IMG/VR virus record: IMGVR_UViG_3300027984_000004
Length of the DNA stretch: 64,000 nucleotides
Reading direction: 5' to 3' (one strand)
Origin: an uncultured virus (IMG/VR IMGVR_UViG_3300027984_000004)
Taxonomy: Duplodnaviria > Heunggongvirae > Uroviricota > Caudoviricetes
Position numbers and translations under genes: made by a program. Shown one piece after another: positions 9,478 through 19,783 of this stretch (position 1 is its first letter; each line of letters opens with the position of its first letter). Under the pieces are notes generated by a model. It saw nothing but the letters and a program-made list of their open reading frames with translations. It did not search any database and was not told where the DNA came from.

Positions 9478-10239
9478 ATGAGACAACTTAATGCAACAGA
9501 TTACGCAAAATATGCACGATTTAATTCTACGGATAATCCATTTCCTAACGTGGCAACATATGTAACCACCGGAGATCAAAACGTATGGAAGAACGCAGGA
9601 ATAGAAATGCAAGGAAACTGTCAAAATTTCCAATCCCCATACTATGATCTGCTTAGGCTTATTATGTGTGAAATGTTCAAACCTGTTAACGCTCAATGGC
9701 CTACAATAATGATGCCTACATTAGGAGATCCTCCAACGATAAATGATAAAGTTTGTTTGTTTACAGGTAATCCTTATCCCGCCAATACTGGCACTGGAAT
9801 GTTGACTGGTTCTGTTTATGCCGCTAATAATACTGGATTACTTAGAATGATTGCAACTAATTCCGTTGCAGTTGCCAACTACCCAAAATGGGCGGAGGAT
9901 TGTCTGCGGCATGAATTATATCACTGGTATTCTCAATACACTGGCGTACAAAATCAATTATCAGGTTCCGGCAATGAGTGGATGTCAAGTATATCTGGTA
10001 TGCAAACTGTAGTAAATGAAAACGATGGAGAAATCTATGTTAAGCCTGATGGCACATATGGATTCAGATATAGACATTGGAATGATGCATCTAAAATTGA
10101 TATATCAGGTACAGAAGAGGCAATACAACTTATGGGGCAATGGGGCGTTCAACTAACAAATGATATATTTAGTGCTTGGATTAATGGAAATATATTATCA
10201 TTATATAAATCAAAATTACCGGCACATTTTATTAAATAA
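9478..10239 (+). CDS. hypothetical protein with HExxH zinc-metallopeptidase-like motif
   Basis: 253-aa ORF, AAGGAG RBS, LRHELYH. Confidence 0.6.
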   Translation: MRQLNATDYAKYARFNSTDNPFPNVATYVTTGDQNVWKNAGIEMQGNCQNFQSPYYDLLRLIMCEMFKPVNAQWPTIMMPTLGDPPTINDKVCLFTGNPYPANTGTGMLTGSVYAANNTGLLRMIATNSVAVANYPKWAEDCLRHELYHWYSQYTGVQNQLSGSGNEWMSSISGMQTVVNENDGEIYVKPDGTYGFRYRHWNDASKIDISGTEEAIQLMGQWGVQLTNDIFSAWINGNILSLYKSKLPAHFIK

Positions 10240-10254
10240 TATGATGATTAAAAA

Positions 10255-10276
10255 AAAAGCGGGCATACGCCCGCTT
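10255..10276. terminator. bidirectional intrinsic terminator
   Basis: AAAGCGGGC-ATAC-GCCCGCTTT between convergent genes. Confidence 0.75.
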
Positions 10277-10680
10277 TAATCATTGCCGTCCAATAATAGC
10301 TTTAAATAATATGCGGCTTTTTCTAAGTCCTTCCTATTTCCTTGTCCGTTCCTATCGTGATATACGCTCCTGCAAACGTATTTCACCACATTCCCAAGGC
10401 AAAAGTCTAATCCCCAGTCCATTATAACATCAATAGCTTCAATCGTGCCTATGTTATAATGCGCTGGATGTTCAATGTCTGAAATATCTTTAATCATATT
10501 TATACTTTGCGATTCGTTAAGCAATGTTTTTTTTACTGTATCCACAGATACAACTCCATCCTCTAAATACTGACTATATTGAGTATGTGAATCAACTATG
10601 GCATTAATAGCGCTTTGTTTCTCCTGAATATCGCTCCATAATTGTTGTATGTGTGTTATTTCCTGATCGTCCATATGCAT
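10276..10680 (-). CDS. DUF3310-like (putative nucleotide kinase) domain protein
   Basis: IEHPAHYN..IEAIDVI...FCLGNVVKYVCR...DLEKAAYYL. Confidence 0.8.
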   Translation of the reverse strand: MHMDDQEITHIQQLWSDIQEKQSAINAIVDSHTQYSQYLEDGVVSVDTVKKTLLNESQSINMIKDISDIEHPAHYNIGTIEAIDVIMDWGLDFCLGNVVKYVCRSVYHDRNGQGNRKDLEKAAYYLKLLLDGND

Positions 10681-10686
10681 AATCTC

Positions 10687-10845
10687 CTATGATATTATTA
10701 TCGGTATTGGTGTTCCTGTTGGCGTAGGTGTACTTTTAATAATTGGTGTCGGCTCTGTAGGTTTCATTCCAGTTAGATCGGTTGTTTCTCCACATGCCGA
10801 CAATACTATCAATCCAGTTATCAAAAATGCAATTAATTTTGTCAT
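10687..10845 (-). CDS. small Pro/Thr-rich lipoprotein (52 aa)
   Basis: Manual: MTKLIAFLITGLIVLSA-CGETT..., lipobox LSAC, AAGGAGG RBS. Confidence 0.6.
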   Translation of the reverse strand: MTKLIAFLITGLIVLSACGETTDLTGMKPTEPTPIIKSTPTPTGTPIPIIIS

Positions 10846-11447
10846 TCCGACCTCCTTAAAAATAATGAGCTATAATTAATGCAAGTAAAATATAACCGTC
10901 TGCCGTTATTGCGTGTCTGATAATTTTGAGTATTAAGTCTATGAAAATCCCCTCTTTTTTACACGTTTAAAGTCTTCAATGGCATAATATACTATACATG
11001 CAATTATCATACGTTAAATTGAATGTTTTATAGTAAACCATCACGAATATAAGCCATTTCTAATGTATCTAAATTATCCTTCAATCTTTGCTCGCGTATT
11101 TTATCTACATGATTAAAATTCTTAACTGATTTATATTTTGGGCAATATATTACCGCCGCTCTGAAACTTTGTTTTGCATTTGCGCACACAACCTATACAT
11201 GTTAATGAATATTTCTCATATCCATGCCCATCACAGAAAAAGCAATTATCAATCTCATCGGTATTGTCAAATGGGCATTTATTTATATGGCATTCCAGTA
11301 TTATTATCACCTTCCTAAAATGGCTTAAAAACGTTCGAACAAATATTAAAATCATTCATTTAATAAACGATAATGCTTTTCAGGCATAATGATACCTTGA
11401 TGGTAAAATTCATGCTTAAATTGCCCGGCGCAATGGCCGGGCAGGAA

Positions 11448-11993
11448 TTATTGTATCTCGTATAAATTTCCGTTTATATCTTTAACAAGTTTATTTGTTT
11501 TTCTGCAATCATGAATATATGAATGAGAACGACCGATATATTGACATGCCAGACTTATACTTCTAAATTCTAATTTTTCATTATTGTCAACATTTCTTAA
11601 AACAGTTTTAATTTGTGAACCATATAAATTATTTTTAAATCCATGCCGTATATTGTCACCAAGCGTTAACCATTCAAGGTTATCAATATTATTGTTTAAT
11701 CTATTTCCATCTTTATGGTTAACCGTAATATCTGTATTAATTAAATCATCTAAAAAAGTTGTTGCAATAAGTCTAGCAACTAAAAAGTCTTTGCATTTAC
11801 CTTCTTTCCATAAAGATACTCTATATCCAGTACCTAAACGCCCAGAATCTGGCTTAAATTTTAAAACTCTTTGCTTCCAGTGCCTTATACCATGCCGTTC
11901 AGTATAAGTTGTTTTATTTTGACATGTTCTAATTAGCCCCGCATCACTTGCTTCATATATTCCCTCATAGTTCGGTATATCCTTCCATTGCAT
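11448..11993 (-). CDS. NUMOD4-HNH homing endonuclease
   Basis: WKDIPNYEGIYEASDAG; VNHKDGNRLNNNIDNLEW. Confidence 0.9.
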   Translation of the reverse strand: MQWKDIPNYEGIYEASDAGLIRTCQNKTTYTERHGIRHWKQRVLKFKPDSGRLGTGYRVSLWKEGKCKDFLVARLIATTFLDDLINTDITVNHKDGNRLNNNIDNLEWLTLGDNIRHGFKNNLYGSQIKTVLRNVDNNEKLEFRSISLACQYIGRSHSYIHDCRKTNKLVKDINGNLYEIQ

Positions 11994-12062
11994 AAATAAT
12001 TCATCTCCTATAGTCTTTTATATATTATATGCTATAGGAGATGAAAAGGCAATACCTTTTTA

Positions 12063-12638
12063 TCAGAAAGGCAGATCTAAATCATCTAACATATCTGGTA
12101 CATTAGAATAACTGGCCGGATTTGAATTAATGACTGCCGGATTATTTGCCGCCGGTTTGTCTGCTGGGATCTGATAATTGCCTGATGTTATTTTCTCTAC
12201 TGAACATGCGCGGAATGGCTTTGCTGACCATCGTGACGTACCGCTGGAATTTATATATTCTTCATTTCTGTAGATTAAGCCGTATTTCTTGCCGATTAAA
12301 CTTTTTTCGTTCCAATCCCAAATATATCCGGGATTAGATTTTTCGAGAGATGTTATAAGTCCTTTAAAAAATCCAGTACTAGATCCATCTGTTATCTGAC
12401 GATGTACTCCGCCGTTTGGCCATTGTGGCATTGGCCGGTTGTCGTTTTTAAATTGTCTGGTGAAAAAACCTGCATAATCGCCTTCCGCAATATCAATCTC
12501 CAGCACTAATTGATTTCTACCGGTGCTGGTTTTGCCTTCATGCGCACGTAGAACCCTTACAATGTAACCTCCTGCTGGGAGTTGCTCATATTCTCCCGTT
12601 AATGCTTGAATTGATTCCCAATCTTTAATTTTCTCCGT
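12063..12638 (-). CDS. single-stranded DNA-binding protein (phage type); probable ACG start
   Basis: Acidic C-terminus DDLDLPF, downstream of Sak4; frame extends to ACG-GAG-AAA-ATT...EQLPAGGY 7 nt after AAGGAG. Confidence 0.7.
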   Translation of the reverse strand, partial: TEKIKDWESIQALTGEYEQLPAGGYIVRVLRAHEGKTSTGRNQLVLEIDIAEGDYAGFFTRQFKNDNRPMPQWPNGGVHRQITDGSSTGFFKGLITSLEKSNPGYIWDWNEKSLIGKKYGLIYRNEEYINSSGTSRWSAKPFRACSVEKITSGNYQIPADKPAANNPAVINSNPASYSNVPDMLDDLDLPF

Positions 12639-12701
12639 AAAAATCGCTCCTTTTATAATTTAATAAACTTTTGATCAATTAAATCAATAAATTCATGCAT
12701 A

Positions 12702-13343
12702 TTAAAAATCCTCAAGTGCTTTAATAACTTTAGTAATATCGTTATCTATCTCTGGTTCATCGAATGCACCCAACGGACTTTTGGCCGTATTGTCATTTGC
12801 TTGTGTTTCAAAAACATATTTGCCTTTATTACCCTTAGAGTATAAAACAGTTGTAAATTTACTTTCTACGACAATTTTGTCCAATTTGCGTCCGCTTGTT
12901 CTAACGTGTGTGAATTTATAACCGGATTCATCATAATCTGTTTGCGTATGTGCTGTAAATATAATTATTAAATCATCGCGCAATGTATTTGCTGTGGTAA
13001 TTAATCCATAAATACTACTCGCCAGGTCTGACCATTTATCATAGTTTTTCTCGCTCATTCGTTTAAATTCATCATCCCACATTATAGTATTAATGGTGTC
13101 AACAACTATCGTTTTAATATCTGGTCTTTTATCTGATATGCCTTTAATGATAAATTCAATTTGTTTTGCATCACTACTTTTTATATAGTTTTTATTTTCC
13201 TGATTATATTGTTCTTTCCATCCTTTCCAGCTTAATCCTTTACGATCTGCATCTACGTAATAAGTAGTTTTTGGATCTAGGGTTCTCATTGACGTTGTTT
13301 TTCCACTGCCGCTACTGCCCATGATTAATAATGCCTTTGACAT
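12702..13343 (-). CDS. Sak4-like AAA ATPase / ssDNA-annealing recombinase
   Basis: GSSGSGKTTS, IVVDT, C-terminal AKSPLGAF...IDND. Confidence 0.85.
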   Translation of the reverse strand: MSKALLIMGSSGSGKTTSMRTLDPKTTYYVDADRKGLSWKGWKEQYNQENKNYIKSSDAKQIEFIIKGISDKRPDIKTIVVDTINTIMWDDEFKRMSEKNYDKWSDLASSIYGLITTANTLRDDLIIIFTAHTQTDYDESGYKFTHVRTSGRKLDKIVVESKFTTVLYSKGNKGKYVFETQANDNTAKSPLGAFDEPEIDNDITKVIKALEDF

Positions 13344-13344
13344 A

Positions 13345-13497
13345 CTATATTGCCTCCTTATCCTCTCTCTCCATCCATTCAGAACATATCATTCGAATGA
13401 TTGATGCAAGTGAGATGTTTCGCCGTTTTGCGGCCATTTTTAATCTTACATGTAAATCTTCTGCTACCCTAAAATTAAGGGTAACACCCTTTTTCAT
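13345..13497 (-). CDS. small ribbon-helix-helix (Arc/CopG-like) protein
   Basis: Manual: MKKGVTLNFRVAEDLHVRLKMAAKRRNISLASIIR. Confidence 0.65.
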   Translation of the reverse strand: MKKGVTLNFRVAEDLHVRLKMAAKRRNISLASIIRMICSEWMEREDKEAI

Positions 13498-13576
13498 TAT
13501 TACCACCTGCCTTTACTACTATTATATGCCAAAACGCTATCAATGTGATAGCGTTTTTATATTAATTTTTTTTAAT

Positions 13577-14071
13577 CTATTTAATTCTCAAACTTATACC
13601 TGAATCATCCAATAATGCGCCGGGAATCGTTTCACCTCTCTTGAGTGCATTCAATAGCGCACGTTTGTCTGGACGTGGCTCCTGTGGAATTAGGTATTGT
13701 GCTGGTAATAGTTTCGTATCCACCATGACTGATGACGGATTACGTTGCGTATAAACCGTAAACAATGGCGTTTTTACTTTCTGAATATCCAGTACCATCA
13801 TAGAACCGCACAATGAATTTTTCATTCGTTCGATATTGTTTTCTATCGTCTGCCGCCTTCCGGCTAAACGTTGTTCTTCCTGTTTTAACGCATCCGCATC
13901 GGCTGACAATGATTTGATAATTTTAGCATAATTTTCAGCCTTTTGTTCAAAACCATCAAACGTTGTTTCTATTTCTTGGAATAAATCCTGCGCGGCATCC
14001 GCCGCGTCAGGATCATCCATCAAATCATAAAGCTGTTTTAGTTTGCCGGTTAATTCATATAATGTACTCAA
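13577..14071 (-). CDS. siphovirus Gp157 family protein
   Basis: MSTLYELTG...KAENYAKIIK...K.KTPLFT...PDKRALL.ALKRGETIPGA.L...SLRIK. Confidence 0.88.
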   Translation of the reverse strand: MSTLYELTGKLKQLYDLMDDPDAADAAQDLFQEIETTFDGFEQKAENYAKIIKSLSADADALKQEEQRLAGRRQTIENNIERMKNSLCGSMMVLDIQKVKTPLFTVYTQRNPSSVMVDTKLLPAQYLIPQEPRPDKRALLNALKRGETIPGALLDDSGISLRIK

Positions 14072-14307
14072 TCATCATCCTCCGTATAATCTTCATCCTC
14101 CAGACCTTCGTCGTTTTCGCATGTAAGGAAACAATCCAATGCACAATATTCGCACAATGTATATTCTGCTGTATCAAAGTATCTATCACCGATATGAATT
14201 CCCGCTCCGCAAAAATCGCAAAACATAATCGGCCTATCAGGCTTATATTTGCCAAGGAACCCGTCACGTTCCATTTTTTCAATATCAGGATGGGTTAATG
14301 ATGTCAT
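14068..14307 (-). CDS. small zinc-finger protein
   Basis: HPDIEKMERDG; CDFCG...GDRY...LCEYC. Confidence 0.65.
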   Translation of the reverse strand: MTSLTHPDIEKMERDGFLGKYKPDRPIMFCDFCGAGIHIGDRYFDTAEYTLCEYCALDCFLTCENDEGLEDEDYTEDDD

Positions 14308-14308
14308 A

Positions 14309-14584
14309 TTAATTATCCTCCTTTATATTATACTTACGATTAAATTCTTTTTCTATAGCTTCCTCATCGTAATGCATATCACGCAACTGTGCGTCTATTG
14401 CGTCAAGATGTTGCGTTATCGTCTCTAGCGTGGATCTGATTTCCTCATTGTAATGCCTTATTGCTACAATCTCGTTCCATGCGCTATCGGCCATTTTGTA
14501 GGCTATGCCTGCCATTTTGTACGCGCTGGCAATCATATCGCCCTCTGCATTGTACTGGTTGATTACTTTTTGCAAGTTATCCAT
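14309..14584 (-). CDS. hypothetical coiled-coil protein
   Basis: 91-aa ORF, GGGAGG RBS, directly downstream of promoter motif. Confidence 0.6.
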   Translation of the reverse strand: MDNLQKVINQYNAEGDMIASAYKMAGIAYKMADSAWNEIVAIRHYNEEIRSTLETITQHLDAIDAQLRDMHYDEEAIEKEFNRKYNIKEDN

Positions 14585-14639
14585 TTTTTTACCTCCCTGA
14601 TTTATCTTTCTAATATATTATATGTTCATCACACTATAT

Positions 14640-14662
14640 GTGATACATGGAATACATTAGAA
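14640..14662 (-). promoter_or_regulatory. conserved 23-bp phage promoter motif, copy 4 (heads recombination operon)
   Basis: Exact motif; CATATAAT 15 nt downstream on -. Confidence 0.75.
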
Positions 14663-14721
14663 TATCATTAGAAAACATTCGAAACTATTATGCAGATACA
14701 TTATCATGCGTGACGCATAGT

Positions 14722-14967
14722 TTATACATAATGTGGATTTAAAAATATTAGAACAAATCCGACAATAATGAGCATAAAACACACAATAAACATTATACCA
14801 AAAAAGATACCGACAATCGTAAAAAATAATATCCTGTTGTTATCAATCCAATCATTTAAGTTCCAGTTGCTATCTTTTAATCTTGGATGGATCAATTTGA
14901 AAGCCAATCCGAATGCCAAATAATACGCCAAACCTATGCCGGATAAAATTATTCCTGCTATTTGCAC
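14722..14967 (-). CDS. small membrane protein
   Basis: Two hydrophobic helices, AAGGAGG RBS. Confidence 0.6.
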   Translation of the reverse strand: MQIAGIILSGIGLAYYLAFGLAFKLIHPRLKDSNWNLNDWIDNNRILFFTIVGIFFGIMFIVCFMLIIVGFVLIFLNPHYV

Positions 14968-15237
14968 TTGAACCTCCTTGAAAACATTGTTGTTATTTTG
15001 AAAATTGTATGTGTTTTATTGTTGTCAACTTGAAAATAATAGTTATCACATTAATAATGTTTTCGAATGTTTTCACGTGATTTCAAATTAGTAACTTAAA
15101 ATCGTTCAAATACATACTGATATCTTCAAATGTTCAACAAAGTATTTTATTTATTTCTATTACTTATAATAATTTGTATTTCAGCATAATTTCGAACAAT
15201 TCTTCACTTATATTTCAAATATAATTATGCGGTTGAG

Positions 15238-17217
15238 TTATCCCTCATCCGCATAATCAATTAAACCATCTTTATATTTTTTAATAACCTCACCCACAAC
15301 TGACTTACTTAATCCAAATGCTTGCGCCGTGGATCTTATTGACGAATTTTGTCTATATAATCTTATGATTTTAGCGTTTCGTTCTTCAATATTTTCTGTC
15401 CGTCCGGGTATTTTTTCATCTTCACTATTTAAAAAATCTTCGCTTTTGCTGTCCGTCCGTCCGTCCGTCCTGCTGTCCGTCTGTCCGTCCTGTACGGATT
15501 CAAGCCATTCTTCACTATCCGGTGTCCTGTCGCTGTCTTGAATTTTTTCATTACCGGACAGTATAACGTCCGGTATATCATTTGTCGAATTGACGAATTT
15601 ATTTTTAATGAATGGAATTATATTACTGGATAAACTCCATCCATTAATTATATTATCGTTAACATCGTTGTCCTGTTGTAGACGATTAATGATTCCAGCA
15701 ACCCTATTTCTAATGCCGTCTGGATTGATATAATATCCTTTACCTCGTATAAAGTCCCCATTATATTTGAGATATAAATCACCCGGAGCGCCAAGTTTTT
15801 CAGCTTGCCGATATCCATTCCCTAATATAATCTGAGATTCCTTATCTGTGCCAACCTTTAAGCATATTTTACACTGAAAATTACATGTAATAGTCTTGTC
15901 AATGGCGTTACCGTCTGGACGTTGTGATGCCAATACGATAAGAAAATTAAGTCCACGCGATATACGCGCCGCCTTTACAAGAACTTCATTTATTTCCGGA
16001 TAATCATTTATAATTGTATCTATTTCATCAATAACCAGCATAAATGGAACAAAATTAGTCAATGAATCCTTTGCCATTACATCCTGACGGCGTTTCATTT
16101 CTTTCATAATAAATTCAATGGCTGATGGAATATCATTTTCATCTTGTATATTTCTAACTAAATGCGGCAAATCATTCATGAGATTCATTTCATGTTTGAC
16201 TACATCAATAAGCATGATCTGTAAATCATCAGGGTTATTTTTGTATGCCAATGACATTATCATCGTATGCAACCATGATGTTTTACCGCTACCAGAGCCA
16301 CCACCTATAATTAAATGCGCTTTTTTGAATACATCAATATTTATAGGCAATCCGTTTGTATCAATGCCTACAGGAATCAATAAAGGATTATTCATAAATA
16401 CTTTATCATCCAGTAATAATTGAAAATCTATTATCTGTGATTTATTCACAGGCTTATTGACATATAAAACCAATTTACCGTTTTCGTTTTCACCAAAACT
16501 GACACGCCCAACATCCTGCTTCAATACAAGTGCTATTTCCTTTACACGATTCTCTACCTGATCAACCCTACATCCTCTATCAATGTCAATATAATATTTC
16601 CATGCTGAATTACATTCACGAACTCCTACTGCTCTTGCAGGAACATTATAATCCTGAAAAACGCCCTGTATGGAGCGCATTTCAGGATTAACCGTTATCG
16701 TTTGTCTTGCTGGACTAGAAATAATCCTCGTCGGCGGTTCTGCCGTCCGGGAATCTATAAAATTGCGCTGATTGTTGCCTACGCGGGATGTTGCCATTTG
16801 TCGCTGTCCGGCTAAGACTTGGCGGATGCCGCCTTGCCGATACCGGGCGTACGCCGCGACGACCTGCGAACGCCCGCGAAAAAAAGGTATTATAAGCGGA
16901 ATAGCTGCAATCAAAATGGTTATCCATACATCTACAAACTTTATTGCAGTGCTGGAAATGTAATACGCAATCATTCCAAATCTTGCCGGATTAAAGCATG
17001 ACATAATTACAGATATACATAAAATACATAATCCTACATATCCAAATCTATAAGGGTGCCACTTGTGCGATAATTGCATGTAGATGCCATATACCATCAA
17101 TGCGCATAAGCCATATTTGGCCGCTCCCATTAAGCTATTTATTATAGAATATGCCATTTTAACCCATATGGCGTCACTATTCTGACCATAAATACATAAT
17201 ATGGCAATTACGCCCAT
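15238..17217 (-). CDS. ftsK: FtsK/SpoIIIE-family ATPase with N-terminal TM segments and C-terminal HTH
   Basis: HLIIGGGSGSGKT, MLID, LVIDE, LASQRP, AEKLGAPGD; the frame is open upstream to ACG at 17280. Confidence 0.85.
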   Translation of the reverse strand: MGVIAILCIYGQNSDAIWVKMAYSIINSLMGAAKYGLCALMVYGIYMQLSHKWHPYRFGYVGLCILCISVIMSCFNPARFGMIAYYISSTAIKFVDVWITILIAAIPLIIPFFRGRSQVVAAYARYRQGGIRQVLAGQRQMATSRVGNNQRNFIDSRTAEPPTRIISSPARQTITVNPEMRSIQGVFQDYNVPARAVGVRECNSAWKYYIDIDRGCRVDQVENRVKEIALVLKQDVGRVSFGENENGKLVLYVNKPVNKSQIIDFQLLLDDKVFMNNPLLIPVGIDTNGLPINIDVFKKAHLIIGGGSGSGKTSWLHTMIMSLAYKNNPDDLQIMLIDVVKHEMNLMNDLPHLVRNIQDENDIPSAIEFIMKEMKRRQDVMAKDSLTNFVPFMLVIDEIDTIINDYPEINEVLVKAARISRGLNFLIVLASQRPDGNAIDKTITCNFQCKICLKVGTDKESQIILGNGYRQAEKLGAPGDLYLKYNGDFIRGKGYYINPDGIRNRVAGIINRLQQDNDVNDNIINGWSLSSNIIPFIKNKFVNSTNDIPDVILSGNEKIQDSDRTPDSEEWLESVQDGQTDSRTDGRTDSKSEDFLNSEDEKIPGRTENIEERNAKIIRLYRQNSSIRSTAQAFGLSKSVVGEVIKKYKDGLIDYADEG

Positions 17218-17266
17218 GCCGCCTACTATTAAAGCTTTATTAAGTAATCCTCCTTCATCGTAGGGA

Positions 17267-17656
17267 TCATTTCCGTTCGTTCCTACTCACCTTCCCATCA
17301 AAAAGCTTAAACAATCCATATTCCGTTAAGCTCATATTCAATTCTTTAGCTTTTGTTTCTAATTCCTGCCGTTCCGGTTGTGTAAGTCTAATTCGTAAAA
17401 ACTCAGATGCCAATTCTTTCGTCTTTTCCAACCCATAGAACGACAATAAATAATCTGGTACTGGTGTCCCGCCTAGCTTAGATGGATGACTGCCAGAATA
17501 TTCTTTAAAGTCTTTTTCTGTCAGATTGCGCATAGGCTGTATATCTACAAATACCAATCGCCCCACTCCATACCTGGTTTTTCCCAGTAATTCAATAACA
17601 TAGCGGCTAGGTTGTGACCCAACCGCCCACATATTAGCAATCTGCAATGCCATCAT
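17267..17656 (-). CDS. hypothetical protein with C-terminal RHH-like segment
   Basis: LRIRLTQPERQELETKAKELNMSLTEY. Confidence 0.55.
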   Translation of the reverse strand: MMALQIANMWAVGSQPSRYVIELLGKTRYGVGRLVFVDIQPMRNLTEKDFKEYSGSHPSKLGGTPVPDYLLSFYGLEKTKELASEFLRIRLTQPERQELETKAKELNMSLTEYGLFKLFDGKVSRNERK

Positions 17657-17816
17657 CTTCTCCTAGTTCTTCTTTGGCAATTTGAATCGCACATCTATAT
17701 GCCCTCGCTATTGCACTGTAGTAATGTTTTGTTCTTTCCCCGGCATATTTTTCAACATTCCGTTCTTGCTTTACCGCCATTTCTTCCAATCTTTTTAACA
17801 GATTGTTCATTTTCAA
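17634..17816 (-). CDS. hypothetical protein
   Basis: 60-aa ORF, AAGGAGG RBS. Confidence 0.5.
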   Translation of the reverse strand: MKMNNLLKRLEEMAVKQERNVEKYAGERTKHYYSAIARAYRCAIQIAKEELGEDDGIADC

Positions 17817-17932
17817 TCCTCCTTATATATTTTTTTTATTATTGCCATATATTTTAATATTTTAAGCAATGATTTAATGTCATTCATAATGTCACCTCCA
17901 AATGTTTTAATCCATGTAATGCATGTTGTTTA

Positions 17933-18217
17933 TTACACTTCTTCCATAATTTCATCAAACGGATGATATTCATGTTTAGATAATACTTGAAACATATTTG
18001 CCTGTGTATTTATTTGTTGCTGGCACACCGTCAGTGCATTTATCATGTTGGTTATTGCATTATATTTCGAATGCTGATGAGTGGTAAAACCTTCATCGCG
18101 TTCGCCCCATGCTTGCGCTTTAATCAGTGCAAATCTTGCGTTAATCAAATCCTCGGTAATATCTTTAACTGTACCAATTACAAAATTGTAATGTTCTTCT
18201 TTATTAAATATAGACAT
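17933..18217 (-). CDS. hypothetical protein
   Basis: 94-aa ORF, GGAGG RBS. Confidence 0.55.
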   Translation of the reverse strand: MSIFNKEEHYNFVIGTVKDITEDLINARFALIKAQAWGERDEGFTTHQHSKYNAITNMINALTVCQQQINTQANMFQVLSKHEYHPFDEIMEEV

Positions 18218-18220
18218 AAA

Positions 18221-18778
18221 CTAAACCTCCAAGTTGAATTGTTCTCTTATTAATGCAGGAACGTGATACCATTCCCAGACGGGATATATATTATTCCCTT
18301 TCACGTATCTATTATACATTGCATACATCTTTATCACTGGTATTTTTTTAGATATGTCAAGAATCTGTTGTGGTGAATCTTCAAACATTAATTCAATATT
18401 GTATTGTTTAATAGCATTTAATTTATTTCCATTTGCAACAATCAAATTGTGATAATGAATATTATTACGTGTAAACCATTGTTTGTTAACATCATTATCA
18501 TTTGTAATTATAAATATCTTATGTCCTTTAGCTATTAATCTATCTATAACATCGTTGGAATCTATTTTAGACGGCCAACTATTATATAAATCACTTGTTA
18601 TTTTCCAGAACATTTCTTCCGTCCCTTTTGGAGCGTTGTACATTTCATCTAAATTATACAAATCTTCCTGCGGGTATTCCGCCGGAACGTTAAAAGTATG
18701 ACAAAAATTTAAAAAATATTTTTTAGTAAACTTCTCCATTTTCGTTAGTGTTCCGTCTTTATCAACTCCTATATTCAT
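18221..18778 (-). CDS. HAD-superfamily 5'(3')-nucleotidase-like protein
   Basis: IGVDKDGTL (DxDGT), IFIIT, K, MFEDS motifs. Confidence 0.8.
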   Translation of the reverse strand: MNIGVDKDGTLTKMEKFTKKYFLNFCHTFNVPAEYPQEDLYNLDEMYNAPKGTEEMFWKITSDLYNSWPSKIDSNDVIDRLIAKGHKIFIITNDNDVNKQWFTRNNIHYHNLIVANGNKLNAIKQYNIELMFEDSPQQILDISKKIPVIKMYAMYNRYVKGNNIYPVWEWYHVPALIREQFNLEV

Positions 18779-18883
18779 TTCAATCTCCTTATTTTATTGC
18801 CGGACATTTCGACTATCCGGCATATCCGCGCCCGCGCTTGCTTTTATTGTGGCTCCCGTATGGCCGATAGAGACAGCCAGCAT

Positions 18884-19111
18884 TTAATTTAGTTCACAAA
18901 ATCTTGCGATTTCTTCCAACGTGCCATATTCGGCTAGTATACTTGCTATAGCATAATTTGTCTTTATATGCCCTTCAATGTAAGAACATATCGGCTTGGT
19001 TGTATTTTTCCAAATATTATATTGCTCATCCCATTCCGGACATTCTGCAATAGATTCATACTCTAATGATTTGTCTACACATATTTGTCTTAAAAAAACT
19101 ATGTTCCACAT
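18884..19111 (-). CDS. hypothetical protein
   Basis: 75-aa ORF. Confidence 0.45.
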   Translation of the reverse strand: MWNIVFLRQICVDKSLEYESIAECPEWDEQYNIWKNTTKPICSYIEGHIKTNYAIASILAEYGTLEEIARFCELN

Positions 19112-19346
19112 CTCGTATTTCTATTAGTCGTTTTAGCTCGTTCATTTTATACCATTCCTTTATAAGATTATCCTGTAAAGCTGAATCAGCATGTCGCCTA
19201 TATGCACTGGTCAGGCGTGACCGATTAAATTTTTCTACCCCATCAGCGCTCGGCAGTAGTGGAGTATCTTTATCCTTTAATATATTATATGTCGGATGTA
19301 TTCCAAGTGATACATATTTTATTAATTTTATTTTATTGCAAGTGGC

Positions 19347-19661
19347 TTATTCATCCGTTTGCGCATATGCTAACATTTCGTTTAAATCTTTAATTAACTG
19401 TTCCTTGGCGATTTTCAACCATGCGTCCATTTTAGATTTTTTTGTTTCCTTGAATTGCCTAGCGGCCATTTCGTAATACTGGCTAAATCCCCAAGGCCGC
19501 GCTATGGCCGTATTAAAGTAAATATTGTTTATATCTCCAAAACTATCAATCATATTTTGCATTTCAAATACCCTGCTCAAATGAAAACCCTTGTGCGTAC
19601 AGGTTATTGAAAATTGCTTAACCTGTTGGATTGCTTCTTTAATTCTTTCTGGATTATACAT
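19347..19661 (-). CDS. hypothetical protein
   Basis: 104-aa ORF, GGGAGG RBS, downstream of promoter motif. Confidence 0.6.
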   Translation of the reverse strand: MYNPERIKEAIQQVKQFSITCTHKGFHLSRVFEMQNMIDSFGDINNIYFNTAIARPWGFSQYYEMAARQFKETKKSKMDAWLKIAKEQLIKDLNEMLAYAQTDE

Positions 19662-19715
19662 TTTTGTTCCTCCCGTTTTTTTTCTTATACTGTATTATAT
19701 GCATATCTTAACATG

Positions 19716-19738
19716 GTGATACATGGAATACATTAGAA
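19716..19738 (-). promoter_or_regulatory. conserved 23-bp phage promoter motif, copy 5
   Basis: Exact motif; CATATAAT 14 nt downstream on -. Confidence 0.75.
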
Positions 19739-19783
19739 ATAGATTAATTTTATATAAAAAAATAGGCCAGTATTTAATCTGGC

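Noticed and set aside
14975..15235. AT-rich intergenic tract with scattered TTCRAA words as a centromere or origin
   Set aside because: Spacing is irregular and the word is expected frequently at this AT content; not supportable by eye.
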